64,000 nt of DNA, taken from assembly GCA_964533095.1 (NCBI GenBank), contig CAZHKS010000003.1, forward strand, positions 201,696 through 265,695. The letters run 5' to 3'. The position numbers and the translations under genes are program-made. Position 1 is the first letter of the stretch, and each line of letters opens with the position of its first letter. The notes under the pieces were generated by a model that saw only the letters and a list, made by a program, of their open reading frames with translations, was not told the origin of the DNA and did no database searches. Shown here piece after piece: positions 45,033 through 54,599 of the stretch. This DNA is from an uncultured Thiobacillus sp. (GTDB lineage: Bacteria; Pseudomonadota; Gammaproteobacteria; Burkholderiales; Thiobacillaceae).

Positions 45033-46463
45033 TCAACGTGCCTGGCCAAGCTGCTCGCGCAGGCCGTCCAGGGCTGCCTGCTCGCCGCGAACGCTGAAGA
45101 ACGCGCCTTCTCCGTCGGCGCGTTCGGCCAGCACCTCGCAGCGCGCAAATATTTCGCCGCGCAGTTGCTGGGCCGACCAGGGCAGGAAAAGCTCGGCTTC
45201 GACGAGATCCTTCTGGAAAAATGCGACGATCGCCTGGTGCAATTTCGCGACATCGCCGGGGCGGCGCGCGCTCATCACGATGCAGCCGGGATACCCGGCG
45301 CGTAGCGCGGCTTCACGTTCGGCCTGCGCCGCGGCGTCACCGACGTGGTCGATCTTGTTGAAAATCCGGATGCGCGGCACGTCCTGCGCGTCGATCTCGT
45401 TCAGCACGTGCTCGGTGGTTTCGATCTGCCGTTCGAAGCCAGGGTCGCCGGCATCGACGACATGGAGCAGCAGCGATGCATCGAGCGCTTCTTCGAGCGT
45501 GGATTTGAACGACGCGACCAGTCCATGCGGCAGGTTCTTGATGAAGCCCACCGTGTCGCTGACCAGCACGCGCGGGATGCTTTCGGGGTACAGGGTGCGC
45601 ACGGTGGTGTCGAGCGTGGCAAAGAGTTTGTTGGCGACGAGTACTTCGCTGCCGGTGAGTGCGCGCATCAGCGTGGATTTTCCCGCGTTGGTGTAGCCGA
45701 CGAGCGCCACGCTGGCGAGCCCCTGGTGCGCCCGTCGTCGTGCACGCTGCGTCGTGCGCTCGACGTCCATCGCGGCAATTTCTCTCTGCAGCTCGGCGAT
45801 GCGGTCGCGGATCTTGCGCTTGTCCAGTTCGGTGTGCGATTCGCCGGCACCGCGTCCGCCCACGCCGCTGCGCTGCCGCCCCTGCGGGCCCGCGAGCTTC
45901 GCCGCCTCGCGCAGGCGCGGTGCCAGGTAGCCCAGACGCGCGATCTCCACCTGCGCGCGCGCAGCGGGGGAACGCGCGTTGCGGTGAAAGATTTCGAGGA
46001 TGACCATGGTGCGGTCCATCACCTGGCAGCCGACCTCGTTCTCGAGATGGCGCGCCTGCGACGGAGAGATCTCGTGGTCGACGAAGATGGCGTCGATCGG
46101 GTCGGGCGAGACCGGGACTGTGCCATCCAATCCGTCGGTGACCGTATCGAGGCGATACAAGGGGTTCAGGGTGCGCGGCTCGCTTTCATCGTCCGGTTCC
46201 CCCTGAACAAAATGGCGGATCTCCTGCCGCTTGCCCACGCCCAGGTAGGCCGTCGAGTCGAAGCCAGCCCTTTTTTGCGTGAAGGTGCGTGTAACCGTGA
46301 ACCCCAATGTCTTGGCCAGTTCGCGCAGTTCGGTCAGCGACGCCTCGAACTCCATGTCGCTCACCCCCGGCAGTTGAACCGACGCCACGACGGCGTAGAG
46401 GGGCTTATCCTTGACTTCTATTTGCATGCGGCCTTGTTTCTGTTTGACGGACGAACCGGGCAT
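45033..46463 (-). CDS. hflX: GTPase HflX (alternative start at 46427)
   Basis: G1 GYTNAGKST, G3 DTVGF, G4 NKID, and the HflX N-terminal domain. Confidence 0.93.
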   Translation of the reverse strand: MPGSSVKQKQGRMQIEVKDKPLYAVVASVQLPGVSDMEFEASLTELRELAKTLGFTVTRTFTQKRAGFDSTAYLGVGKRQEIRHFVQGEPDDESEPRTLNPLYRLDTVTDGLDGTVPVSPDPIDAIFVDHEISPSQARHLENEVGCQVMDRTMVILEIFHRNARSPAARAQVEIARLGYLAPRLREAAKLAGPQGRQRSGVGGRGAGESHTELDKRKIRDRIAELQREIAAMDVERTTQRARRRAHQGLASVALVGYTNAGKSTLMRALTGSEVLVANKLFATLDTTVRTLYPESIPRVLVSDTVGFIKNLPHGLVASFKSTLEEALDASLLLHVVDAGDPGFERQIETTEHVLNEIDAQDVPRIRIFNKIDHVGDAAAQAEREAALRAGYPGCIVMSARRPGDVAKLHQAIVAFFQKDLVEAELFLPWSAQQLRGEIFARCEVLAERADGEGAFFSVRGEQAALDGLREQLGQAR

Positions 46464-46525
46464 TATCCGCCAATGCCGCAGGCACAGGCGTCAAGATTGC
46501 TGATGGCGTGTCGCCACATTGCTAC

Positions 46526-47530
46526 TCAGCAAATCCGTGGCAGCGGATCGTCCTCCAGCTCGTCCAGCACGCGCCGGCCGCCGAGGCCGGTTTGCAGGAT
46601 CACGCGGCCGCCGCCGGTTTCGATGCGGCCGACGATGCAGGCATCCCGTCCTTCCGGCAGGGCGCGCCAGCGGGCCAGGATTTCGTCGGCCGCGAAAGGA
46701 TCGGCGATCGCGACGATCCGGCCTTCGCAGGCCAGGAAATACGGGTCGTAGCCCAGCATTTCGCAGACCGACACGACTTCCGGGCGCAGCGGCACCGCGT
46801 TCTGGTCGAGCATGATGCTGTGGCCGCTGGCGCGCGCGATTTCGTGGGCAACCGTGGCGAGTCCGCCGCGCGTCGGGTCGCGCATGAATTTTAGATCGGG
46901 ATAATCCCGGATGGCTTGCGCCAGCGGCAGCACCGAGGCGGAATCCGAGCGCAGCTCGCCCGCCAGGCCGAACTGCTCGCGCGCCAGCATCACCGCGATG
47001 CCGTGATCGCCCACCGGGCCGGACACCAGCACCACGTCACCCGGAGCGATGCGCTCCATGGACAGCCGGGCGGCCGCGCGGCGGATGCCGATACCGGCCA
47101 CGGACAGATACAGGCCGCTGCCTTCGCCGCGACGCACCACCTTGGTGTCACCGGCCACGACGACGACGTGGTTCTGGCGCGCTGCCCGCGCAAAACTGGT
47201 GATGTAGCGGTCGAGCGCGCTGATTTCCAGGCCTTCCTCGATCAGCGCGGAGACGGTGAAATAGAGTGGATCGGCCCCGGACACCGCGAGGTCGTTGACC
47301 ACGCCATGCACGGCGAGCGAGCCGATGTCGCCGCCTGGAAATTCGAGCGGCTCGACGGTGAAGCCGTCGGTGGTGACCATGAGCTCGCCATCCAGCTGTG
47401 GCAGCGTGACGGCGTCGGCGTCGGTGTCGAGCAGCGGGTTACCGAGATGGCGGGCGAAGATGTCGGTGATGAGTTCGCGCATCAGGCGGCCGCCGTTGCC
47501 GTGCGCGAGAAGAATGCGGGTGTCGTCCAT
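46526..47530 (-). CDS. hypE: hydrogenase maturation protein HypE
   Basis: 334-aa ORF; AIR-synthase-like fold, N-terminal LAHGNGG, and the diagnostic C-terminal PRIC. Confidence 0.95.
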   Translation of the reverse strand: MDDTRILLAHGNGGRLMRELITDIFARHLGNPLLDTDADAVTLPQLDGELMVTTDGFTVEPLEFPGGDIGSLAVHGVVNDLAVSGADPLYFTVSALIEEGLEISALDRYITSFARAARQNHVVVVAGDTKVVRRGEGSGLYLSVAGIGIRRAAARLSMERIAPGDVVLVSGPVGDHGIAVMLAREQFGLAGELRSDSASVLPLAQAIRDYPDLKFMRDPTRGGLATVAHEIARASGHSIMLDQNAVPLRPEVVSVCEMLGYDPYFLACEGRIVAIADPFAADEILARWRALPEGRDACIVGRIETGGGRVILQTGLGGRRVLDELEDDPLPRIC

Positions 47531-47539
47531 GGGGTGTCT

Positions 47540-49780
47540 TTATTGATGAAGGAATTCGATGACCTGGCCGAAGCTTAACCCGGCATCGTTGACGGGGACA
47601 CGTTCGGGCAGATGAGCGTTGAAGCCTGCGCGTTCAAGCAGGCCGATCGCGGCTTCTGCAAGCACGCGATTCTGGAACACGCCGCCGGTAAGGCCGACCG
47701 ACCGGATGCCGGTTTGCGCGCGCAGTTGTTGCGCCTGGTCGAGCAGCGCCTGCGCCAGGCTCAGATGAAAGCGGGCCGCCCGTTCGGCGGACGGCCGTGC
47801 CGTGTCGCCGAGCATGGGCAGCAACGGCGCCCAGTCGGTGCGCCATAGGCCAAGCGGATCGCGGACCAGCGGCAGATCGACGACATCGCCGGTCGAGGCG
47901 GCGGCGGCCGCTTCCAGCCGCATCGGGCCTTCGCCCTCGAAGCTGGCATGGGTGCACAGGCCGCCCAGGGCCGCGGCGGCATCGAACAGACGACCGACGG
48001 CGGAACTGGCGGGGCTGTTGAGCCGGGCCGACCATGCCTGATGCAGGGGTTCGGGCGCGAAAGGGGCGGGCAGTCCCGTTTCCCACAGCAGTGCCGCCGC
48101 GGCGCGCCAGGGTTCGCGCCCGGCCTTTTCGCCGCCGGGCAGCCGGAAGGAACGGAACGAGGCGGCATGCTTCCAGTGGGCAGGTGTGCCGGTGAAGGCC
48201 TCGCCGCCCCAAAGTGTGCCGTCCTCGCCGAGGCCGACGCCGTCCCAGGCAAACACGATCCATTCTGCGGTATCCGGAAACTCCCACGCCAGCGCCGACG
48301 CGTGTGCGTGGTGATGCCAGGCCTTGAACACCGGCAGGCCGCTGTCGCGGGCGTAGCGGCGCGTGCCGTAGCCGGGATGGCGGTCGACGATCAGGCGCGT
48401 CGCCTGCACCTGATACAGCCGCTGCAGATCGGCCGCGACCTGCGCCAGCGTGTCCAGGCTGCGCGCCGCGTCGAGTTCGCCGATGTGCGGCGAGACGACG
48501 GCGCGATCGGCCCAGGCAAGGCAGAGCGTGTTCTTCATGTGGCTGCCGAGCGCCAGCACGGGCTCGCGCAATGTGCCGGGCAATTCGAGTTCCAGCGGCG
48601 CGATGCCGCGCCCCAGTCGCAGGGGTCGCGGCGCGCCGGCGATGACGCGGTAGACCGGATCGTCGGCCGGCCGCACGATGGGACGGTCGTGATGCAGGAA
48701 GGCATCGGCCAGGTGGGCGAGCCGCGTCCGGGCTTCGACGTTGTCGGTCAGCACCGGCTCGCCGGAGAGATTGCCGGAGGTGGTTACCAGCGGTCCATCG
48801 AAATCGTGCAGCAGCAGGTCGTGTAGCGGCGAGTAGGGCAGGAGGCAGCCGATTTCCGCGAGGTTGGGCGCGATCAACGGGGACAGGGCGGACTCGGCGC
48901 GCCCCGGCAGCAGCACGATGGGCCGTTGAGGCGAAGCCAGCAGGAGCTCCGTTCCCGGTGTCGCATGCACCGCGCCGCGCAGGGCGCCGAGATCGCGGAA
49001 CATCACCGCGAGCGGTTTGGCCGGACGCGGCTTGCGCGCACGCAAGGTCGAAACCGCTGCGTCGTTCGCTGCATCGCACATCAGGTGGTAGCCGCCGACG
49101 CCTTTCACCGCGACGATCTTGCCGGAACGCAGCGCGGCGACGGCAGCGGCCAGAGCGGGCTTGTCGCCATCGACCGCTTCATCACCCGAGACGAATTGCA
49201 GATGCGGCCCGCATACCGGGCAGGCGATCGGTTCGGCATGGAAGCGGCGGTCGAACGGATTTTCGTATTCGCGCTGGCAGTCCGGACACAGCGCGAAGTC
49301 GCGCATCGCCGTGTTGGGGCGGTCGTAGGGCAGCGCGGTGATCAGCGTGTAGCGCGGCCCGCACTGCGTGCAGTTGATGAAGGGATAGCGGTGGCGGCGA
49401 TTCGCCGGGTCGTGCAGTTCCGCCAGGCAGTCGGCGCAGACGAAGCCGTCGGAGGGGAGGTGGACGTCGGCGTGCCGCGAGGCCGCGCTGTCGAGGATGG
49501 AAAAGTCCTGGATCTGTTCGCTTGTGCAGTTCTTGACGTGAAGCGGACCGGGCGCCGACAGGGGCGGCGCATCGCTCAGCAGCGCGTCGCTGAACTGCTG
49601 GAGCTGTGCGGGCGGGCCCTCGGCGTGGATTTCCACTGCCCCGTCGGCGTTGCGCACCCAGCCGGTGATGCCATGCCGATGCGCGAGCCGGTAGACGAAG
49701 GGCCGGAAGCCTACGCCCTGAACCCTGCCGCTGATCGTGATGAAGCGGGCGACGGTAGTCTGTCTGGCTTGATTCGTCAT
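47540..49780 (-). CDS. hypF: carbamoyltransferase HypF
   Basis: ATG at 49780 inside ORF 47540..49900 (whose listed start is a GTG). Acylphosphatase domain (GRVQGVGFRPFVY), two CxxC zinc fingers, YrdC and Kae1-like domains. Confidence 0.95.
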   Translation of the reverse strand: MTNQARQTTVARFITISGRVQGVGFRPFVYRLAHRHGITGWVRNADGAVEIHAEGPPAQLQQFSDALLSDAPPLSAPGPLHVKNCTSEQIQDFSILDSAASRHADVHLPSDGFVCADCLAELHDPANRRHRYPFINCTQCGPRYTLITALPYDRPNTAMRDFALCPDCQREYENPFDRRFHAEPIACPVCGPHLQFVSGDEAVDGDKPALAAAVAALRSGKIVAVKGVGGYHLMCDAANDAAVSTLRARKPRPAKPLAVMFRDLGALRGAVHATPGTELLLASPQRPIVLLPGRAESALSPLIAPNLAEIGCLLPYSPLHDLLLHDFDGPLVTTSGNLSGEPVLTDNVEARTRLAHLADAFLHHDRPIVRPADDPVYRVIAGAPRPLRLGRGIAPLELELPGTLREPVLALGSHMKNTLCLAWADRAVVSPHIGELDAARSLDTLAQVAADLQRLYQVQATRLIVDRHPGYGTRRYARDSGLPVFKAWHHHAHASALAWEFPDTAEWIVFAWDGVGLGEDGTLWGGEAFTGTPAHWKHAASFRSFRLPGGEKAGREPWRAAAALLWETGLPAPFAPEPLHQAWSARLNSPASSAVGRLFDAAAALGGLCTHASFEGEGPMRLEAAAAASTGDVVDLPLVRDPLGLWRTDWAPLLPMLGDTARPSAERAARFHLSLAQALLDQAQQLRAQTGIRSVGLTGGVFQNRVLAEAAIGLLERAGFNAHLPERVPVNDAGLSFGQVIEFLHQ

Positions 49781-49928
49781 GCGCGCCGGGTCGCGTGGGT
49801 TACAGGGCAAGGCGCGGGGCGCGCCGTTGTGCCTGTCCACAACAAGCGGTTCGCAACGCCGCCATTTGGCCCACGCGACCCGACCCTCCGGGTGCAACAC
49901 GCATGGCGAATCAAGCCAGACAGGCTGC
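49755..49928 (-). promoter_or_regulatory. long-range inverted repeat: 29-nt inverted copy (26/29) of the hypF start codon region, 116 nt upstream in the hypD-hypF spacer
   Basis: Read directly: 49755..49783 (reverse complement CGCATGACGAATCAAGCCAGACAGACTAC, containing the hypF ATG) versus 49900..49928 (CGCATGGCGAATCAAGCCAGACAGGCTGC). The 17-nt core is perfect. Confidence 0.6.
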
Positions 49929-49933
49929 CAGAT

Positions 49934-51031
49934 TCAGGCATCGGCGGCTACGCGCACGCCGCCGGCCCACCAGATGCGGCAGGCGCCTTCGTCCGACACC
50001 ATGCAGGGGCCGACCGGGTTGCGCGGAGTGCAGGCCTTGCCGTAGATGCGGCACTGGTTGGGATAGATCTTGCCGAGCACCACCTGCGCGCAGTCGCAGC
50101 CGGGCGGCATTTCGCCGGCGCGGCGGCGGCCGGGATCGGTATGGTCGGGAAACAGCAGGCGCGCGTCGTGTTGTGCAAAGGCAGGTTTCAGCGCGTAGCC
50201 CGAATTCGGGATGACGCCGATGCCGCGCCAGTTGGCGTCAACGATGTCGAGGGTGCCGTCTAGCAGGCGGCGGCCGGTCGGATTGCCGCCTGGGTGGGCG
50301 ACTTCGCGGTAGCAGTTGTCGAGAAAGCGCTCGCCGGTTTTAAGCTGCCGCAGTACGGAATAGAACGAGGCGAGTAGTGACTCCGTGCCGAAGCCGGCTA
50401 CTGCGGCGGGAATCTCGTGGCGGTCGACGACGAAGGCCCATTCCTCCGGCCCCATCACAGTGGAGACATGACCGGGCGCGACCAGCGCGTCGAAACCGGG
50501 GCTGCCGGAGTCGAGCAGCATCGCTACTGCCGGCCAGGTCAGGCGGCCGGACAGCAGGATGGACAGATTGTCGGGGATGCCTTCCGACAGCATCGCTGCG
50601 GTCGGCGCGGTGGTGGTCTCGAAGCCGGCGGCGAAGAACACCACCGGGCGCTCGGGGTTCTCCAGTGCGATTTTCCGTGCATCGAGCGGACTGGCGATCG
50701 GGCGGATATCGGCGCCGGCAGCCTGCGCCTCGGCCAGCGAGCGCACCTCGCCTTTTTTCATGTTGACCGGCACCCGCAGCATGTCGCCGAAGGCGACCAG
50801 GATCACCTTGTCCTGCAGCGCCAGCTGGATCGCCTGGTACACATCTTCTTCCGGGCACACGCATACCGGGCAGCCGGGGCCGGGCACCAGTTCGAGCCAC
50901 TTCGGCAGCGCACCGCGCATGCCGGCGTGGGTGATCGAGCGCTCGTGGCCGCCGCACACGTTCATGATCTTGATCGGGCGGTCGAATTCGAAGGCGTGGA
51001 TTTTCTCCAGCCAGGCGCGGGCGTCATCCAT
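49934..51031 (-). CDS. hypD: hydrogenase maturation protein HypD
   Basis: ATG at 51031 shares its A with the hypB TGA stop codon (TGATG). CGGHE motif (MNVCGGHERS), GPGCPVCV and the C-terminal Fe-S Cys cluster. Confidence 0.95.
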   Translation of the reverse strand: MDDARAWLEKIHAFEFDRPIKIMNVCGGHERSITHAGMRGALPKWLELVPGPGCPVCVCPEEDVYQAIQLALQDKVILVAFGDMLRVPVNMKKGEVRSLAEAQAAGADIRPIASPLDARKIALENPERPVVFFAAGFETTTAPTAAMLSEGIPDNLSILLSGRLTWPAVAMLLDSGSPGFDALVAPGHVSTVMGPEEWAFVVDRHEIPAAVAGFGTESLLASFYSVLRQLKTGERFLDNCYREVAHPGGNPTGRRLLDGTLDIVDANWRGIGVIPNSGYALKPAFAQHDARLLFPDHTDPGRRRAGEMPPGCDCAQVVLGKIYPNQCRIYGKACTPRNPVGPCMVSDEGACRIWWAGGVRVAADA

Positions 51032-51837
51032 CAGGCGGTGACCTGGTGATATTTCAGACCGTCGCCCTGGATCGCCGGGCGGCGCGATTGTCCGATGGCG
51101 ACGCGTGCGCGCTGCGCGGCGAGCTGTTCGCGCAACCAAGCCAGCCAGGCGTCCATGCCCATGTCCTTGCGTGCCGACAGCCGTATCACCGGCGCCGGGT
51201 TGGCCAGGTTGCGCAGGTGGGTTTCAGCCTTGTCCGGGTCGAAGTCGTCCAGCACCGCCAGCAGATCGGTCTTGGTCAGCAGCATCGCGTCGGCGGCGCG
51301 GAACATCACCGGATACTTGGCCGGCTTGTCGTCGCCCTCGGTGACCGAGAGCAGGGTGACGTTGAGGTGCTGGCCGAGGTCGAAGCTCGCCGGGCACACG
51401 AGGTTGCCGACGTTCTCGATGAACAGGAGGTCGACGCCGTCGAGGTCCATGTGATGCAGCGCGTCGTGCACCAGATGCGCATCGAGGTGGCAGGCAGTGC
51501 CGGTGACGATCTGGTGCGCCTGAACGCCCTTGGCGCGGATGCGCTCGGCGTCGTTCTCGGTTTCCAGGTCGCCCTCGATCACCGCGCAGGTGAATTCGTC
51601 TTTTAGCGCGGTGAGCGTGGCTTCGAGCAGCGCGGTCTTGCCTGAGCCGGGCGAGGACATCAGGTTGATCGCGAGGATGCCGCGGCGGTCGAAATGATCG
51701 CGGTTATGCGTGGCCTGATCGTCGTTCTTGGCCAGCAGGCCTTTCAGCACGGACACCGCAGTCGCGCCCTTGGCGACGGGTTTGAACGCGAGATGCTTGT
51801 TGCCGGGGGTGAGGTTGCAGCCGCAGGTGTCACACAT
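51031..51837 (-). CDS. hypB: nickel-inserting GTPase HypB
   Basis: ATG at 51837 gives MCDTCGC (N-terminal CxxCGC Ni site). P-loop SSPGSGKT and ENVGNLVCP motifs. Confidence 0.93.
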   Translation of the reverse strand: MCDTCGCNLTPGNKHLAFKPVAKGATAVSVLKGLLAKNDDQATHNRDHFDRRGILAINLMSSPGSGKTALLEATLTALKDEFTCAVIEGDLETENDAERIRAKGVQAHQIVTGTACHLDAHLVHDALHHMDLDGVDLLFIENVGNLVCPASFDLGQHLNVTLLSVTEGDDKPAKYPVMFRAADAMLLTKTDLLAVLDDFDPDKAETHLRNLANPAPVIRLSARKDMGMDAWLAWLREQLAAQRARVAIGQSRRPAIQGDGLKYHQVTA

Positions 51838-51840
51838 ATG

Positions 51841-51870
51841 GGTAAGTGGTAAGTCAGTGAGCAGTGAGGG
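51841..51870. repeat. tandem heptamers GGTAAGT x2 + (C)AGTGAG x2 filling the hypA|hypB spacer
   Basis: Read directly: GGTAAGTGGTAAGTCAGTGAGCAGTGAGGG occupies essentially the whole 34-nt spacer. No Shine-Dalgarno sequence is visible for hypB. Confidence 0.6.
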
Positions 51871-51871
51871 G

Positions 51872-52225
51872 TCAGGACGTTGTGGTTTCGAGTTCGACGC
51901 TTTCGAGCAGGAGTTCGTCGCCGGAGATGACCTGGGTGTGCCAGTCGCTGCAGGCACCGCAGATCAGGCGGTTCATCGCGGCTTCGGTCTCGGCGCCGCA
52001 GGTCTGGCAGCGTACCTTGACGGGCGCGGCGACGAGGTCGAGTTCGGCATGCTCGGCGCGGCTGCCGGCGGCGGCCAGCGGGAACGCGCTTGCCAGCAAC
52101 GCGGGCACCACGCCGGCCAGCGGGCCGATGCGCACGCGGATCATGCTGGCCTGTGTAGCGCCATGCTGCGCGATCACGGCTTCCACCTGTTCGACGAGGG
52201 CCTGCGCCACGGCCAGTTCATGCAC
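51872..52225 (-). CDS. hypA: hydrogenase nickel incorporation protein HypA (GTG start)
   Basis: GTG CAT GAA at 52225 gives the canonical MHE N-terminus. Zn motif CQTCG...CGAC. Overlaps the hypC stop by 8 nt, with GGAG upstream. Confidence 0.9.
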   Translation of the reverse strand: MHELAVAQALVEQVEAVIAQHGATQASMIRVRIGPLAGVVPALLASAFPLAAAGSRAEHAELDLVAAPVKVRCQTCGAETEAAMNRLICGACSDWHTQVISGDELLLESVELETTTS

Positions 52226-52448
52226 CGGACTCCTCCAGGATCTGGTCGAGCAGTTCCCAGGTGGTGCGGGCATCGGTCTCGGCGATTTTCTGGATGGCGT
52301 AGCCGACATGCACCATGACGAAGTCGCCGACGGCGGGGGGCTCGTCCTGCATCATGAACAGGCTGACATCGCGCCACACGCCCTTGGCCTGGCAGCGGGC
52401 GGTGAAACCATCGATCGATTCGATCTGCATCGGAATGGCAAGGCACAT
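52218..52448 (-). CDS. hypC: hydrogenase assembly chaperone HypC
   Basis: The ATG at 52448 gives the canonical MCLAIPMQI N-terminus (essential Cys2). Confidence 0.9.
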   Translation of the reverse strand: MCLAIPMQIESIDGFTARCQAKGVWRDVSLFMMQDEPPAVGDFVMVHVGYAIQKIAETDARTTWELLDQILEESGA

Positions 52449-52599
52449 GGGCGGCAATCGGTAACGATACCCGAACCAGTATAAGTGATTTGCCGATGCA
52501 TGCCACCGATCCGGAATGTTGCAAAATTTTTACGATGAATCAGAAGCTTGAGCGAATTGCTTGGTTGTTATTTGAATGGACGGCTGGTAGATTGAAATC

Positions 52600-53073
52600 A
52601 TGAAAACGCTCGTGCTCGGCATCGGCAACACCCTGCTCACCGACGAAGGCATAGGCGTACATGTGCTGCAGGCGCTCGAATCCAGACTGGCGGATATGGC
52701 TGACGTGACGCTGCTCGACGGTGGTACGCTTTCCTTCACCCTGGCGGGCCCGATCGAGGAGGCCGATGCGCTGATCGTCGTCGATGCCGCCCATATCAAG
52801 GCCAAAGCGGGCGACTGGGCATTGCTGGAAGGCGAGGACATGGACGCATTCCTGATGAGCAATCGCAAGACCTCGGTGCATGAAGTGGGGCTTACCGATC
52901 TGCGGGCGATCGCCATCCTGGCCGGCCACTGGCCGGAAAAACGCGCCATGCTCGCCATCCAGCCGCAGACCATCGACTGGGGCGAGCATCCCACCCCAGC
53001 CGTCGCCGCCGCCATATCCCCCGCCTGTACGGCGATCCACGACCTGATCCGGGAATGGCAGCATGTCGCTTGA
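52600..53073 (+). CDS. hynD: hydrogenase maturation endopeptidase (HyaD/HupD/HynD family)
   Basis: MKTLVLGIGNTLLTDEGIGVHV N-terminus and ...VVDA...G... motifs of the family. Confidence 0.9.
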   Translation: MKTLVLGIGNTLLTDEGIGVHVLQALESRLADMADVTLLDGGTLSFTLAGPIEEADALIVVDAAHIKAKAGDWALLEGEDMDAFLMSNRKTSVHEVGLTDLRAIAILAGHWPEKRAMLAIQPQTIDWGEHPTPAVAAAISPACTAIHDLIREWQHVA

Positions 53074-53473
53074 TTCCATTCCCATACACGTCGCCCCGCA
53101 AGGCGAACCCGGCCTGACCGGCAATGCGCTGCCGCTCCTGCGCGAGTTGCTGGAGCAGGTACGGCACCTGCTCGAAACCGGCGAGGCGTCCGCCATCGAT
53201 CTTTCTGCGTTGCCACTGACACCCGCCGACCTGGACTGGCTGCGCGAAAAGCTCGGCGCCGGCGAAATCAGCGTCACCCTGCAGGCCAACGGCGAGTCGA
53301 CGCTGAACGAAACGGCCTGCCCCGGCGTGTGGTGGGTCACGCATCACAACGAACAGGGGGCGGTGACTTCGCAGTTCATCGAAGTGACGCTCGTCCCGGA
53401 ACTGGTCAAGGCGCATCCCCAGGATGTAGAAGTTGGATCGGGATATCTTGAATTGCTGATATCCGACCTCTAA
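53063..53473 (+). CDS. HupH/HyaF-like hydrogenase expression protein (C-terminal domain only)
   Basis: 136-aa ORF overlapping hynD by 11 nt. GEISVTLQANGESTLNETACPGVWWV...IEV resembles the HupH_C domain. Confidence 0.65.
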   Translation: MSLDSIPIHVAPQGEPGLTGNALPLLRELLEQVRHLLETGEASAIDLSALPLTPADLDWLREKLGAGEISVTLQANGESTLNETACPGVWWVTHHNEQGAVTSQFIEVTLVPELVKAHPQDVEVGSGYLELLISDL

Positions 53474-53519
53474 GGTGTATTGGGATCGCCCTAATGTTTC
53501 ATATCAGGAGGCAAGCATC

Positions 53520-54599
53520 ATGCAGGGTCCGTTGATCGACACTCTCACGCGGCAAGGCGTCAGTCGCCGCACGTTCCTCAAGTACTGCGCGACGCTTGCA
53601 TCGATGATGGCCTTGCCGCCGACGGCGGGCCGCGCCATGGCCGAGGCGATGGCGGCGGCGAGAAGGCCGTCGGTGATCTGGCTGCCGTTCCAGGAATGCA
53701 CCGGCTGCACCGAATCGATCACGCGCTCGCATTCGCCGACCATCGAAGGCATGATCTTCGACATGATCTCTCTGGACTACCAGGAGACGCTGATGGCCGC
53801 CGCCGGCCATCAGGCCGAGGAAGCCCTGCACAACGCGATGAAGGACAACGCGGGCAAGTATCTGCTGATTGTCGACGGTTCAATTCCGCTTGGCCAGGAC
53901 GGCGCCTATTCCTGCATCGGCGGCCGCTCCAATGTGGACATGTTGAAGGAAGCGGCCGCTGGCGCAGCCGCTGTCATCGCCGTTGGCTCATGCGCCGCCT
54001 TCGGCGGCATCCCGAAAGCCAACCCGAACCCGACCGGTGCGGTCTCGGTGTCCGACCTCGTCAAGGACAAGCCCATCGTCAACATACCCGGTTGTCCGCC
54101 CATCCCGGTGGTGATGACCGGCGTGCTGGCGCATTACCTCACCTTCGGCAGCCTGCCCGAGCTCGACGACAAGGGCCGGCCCAAGTCCTTTTTCGGCGAA
54201 ACCATCCACGACCGCTGCTACCGCCGTCCGTTCTACGACCAGGGCAAGTTCGCCAAGACCTTCGACGACGAAGGCGCACGCCAGGGCTGGTGCCTGTTCG
54301 AACTCGGCTGCAAGGGGCCCGTCACCCACAACGCCTGCGCCACCCAGAAATGGAACGACGGCACGTCCTGGCCGGTCGAGTCCGGCCACGGCTGCCTGGG
54401 ATGCTCCGAACCGGATTTCTGGGACGCCGGCAGTTTCTACAAGCCGCTGTCGACCCCGGCCGACCCGCTCAAGTTCGTGGCAGCTGCGTCGGTCGTGGGT
54501 GCGGCTGCGGGGGTGGGAGTCAGTTTTGCCAACCGTGCCAAGAAGGGGGCTGCCAAGTCTGCACACGAAACGACCACCCTGGCCGACCTGGAGAAATGA
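53520..54599 (+). CDS. hynS: [NiFe] hydrogenase small subunit (Tat signal)
   Basis: ATG at 53520 after CAGGAGG. SRRTFLKYC twin-arginine signal, and Fe-S Cys motifs (ECTGCTES, GSCA, GCPP, CxxC at the C-terminal clusters). Confidence 0.95.
   Translation: MQGPLIDTLTRQGVSRRTFLKYCATLASMMALPPTAGRAMAEAMAAARRPSVIWLPFQECTGCTESITRSHSPTIEGMIFDMISLDYQETLMAAAGHQAEEALHNAMKDNAGKYLLIVDGSIPLGQDGAYSCIGGRSNVDMLKEAAAGAAAVIAVGSCAAFGGIPKANPNPTGAVSVSDLVKDKPIVNIPGCPPIPVVMTGVLAHYLTFGSLPELDDKGRPKSFFGETIHDRCYRRPFYDQGKFAKTFDDEGARQGWCLFELGCKGPVTHNACATQKWNDGTSWPVESGHGCLGCSEPDFWDAGSFYKPLSTPADPLKFVAAASVVGAAAGVGVSFANRAKKGAAKSAHETTTLADLEK

Noticed and set aside
49795-50214. 139-aa plus-strand ORF containing MANQARQAA, the mirror copy of the HypF N-terminus, as a real gene or hypF pseudogene.
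   Set aside because: Similarity to hypF stops after about 9 codons. The rest is Arg-rich shadow sequence antisense to hypD. It is better explained as an inverted-repeat arm.
52512-52525. Sigma-54 promoter (GG...TTGCA) in the hypC/hynD divergent region.
   Set aside because: The GG-to-GC spacing is about 8 nt instead of the required about 12 nt (TGGCAC-N5-TTGC), so it does not fit the -24/-12 geometry.
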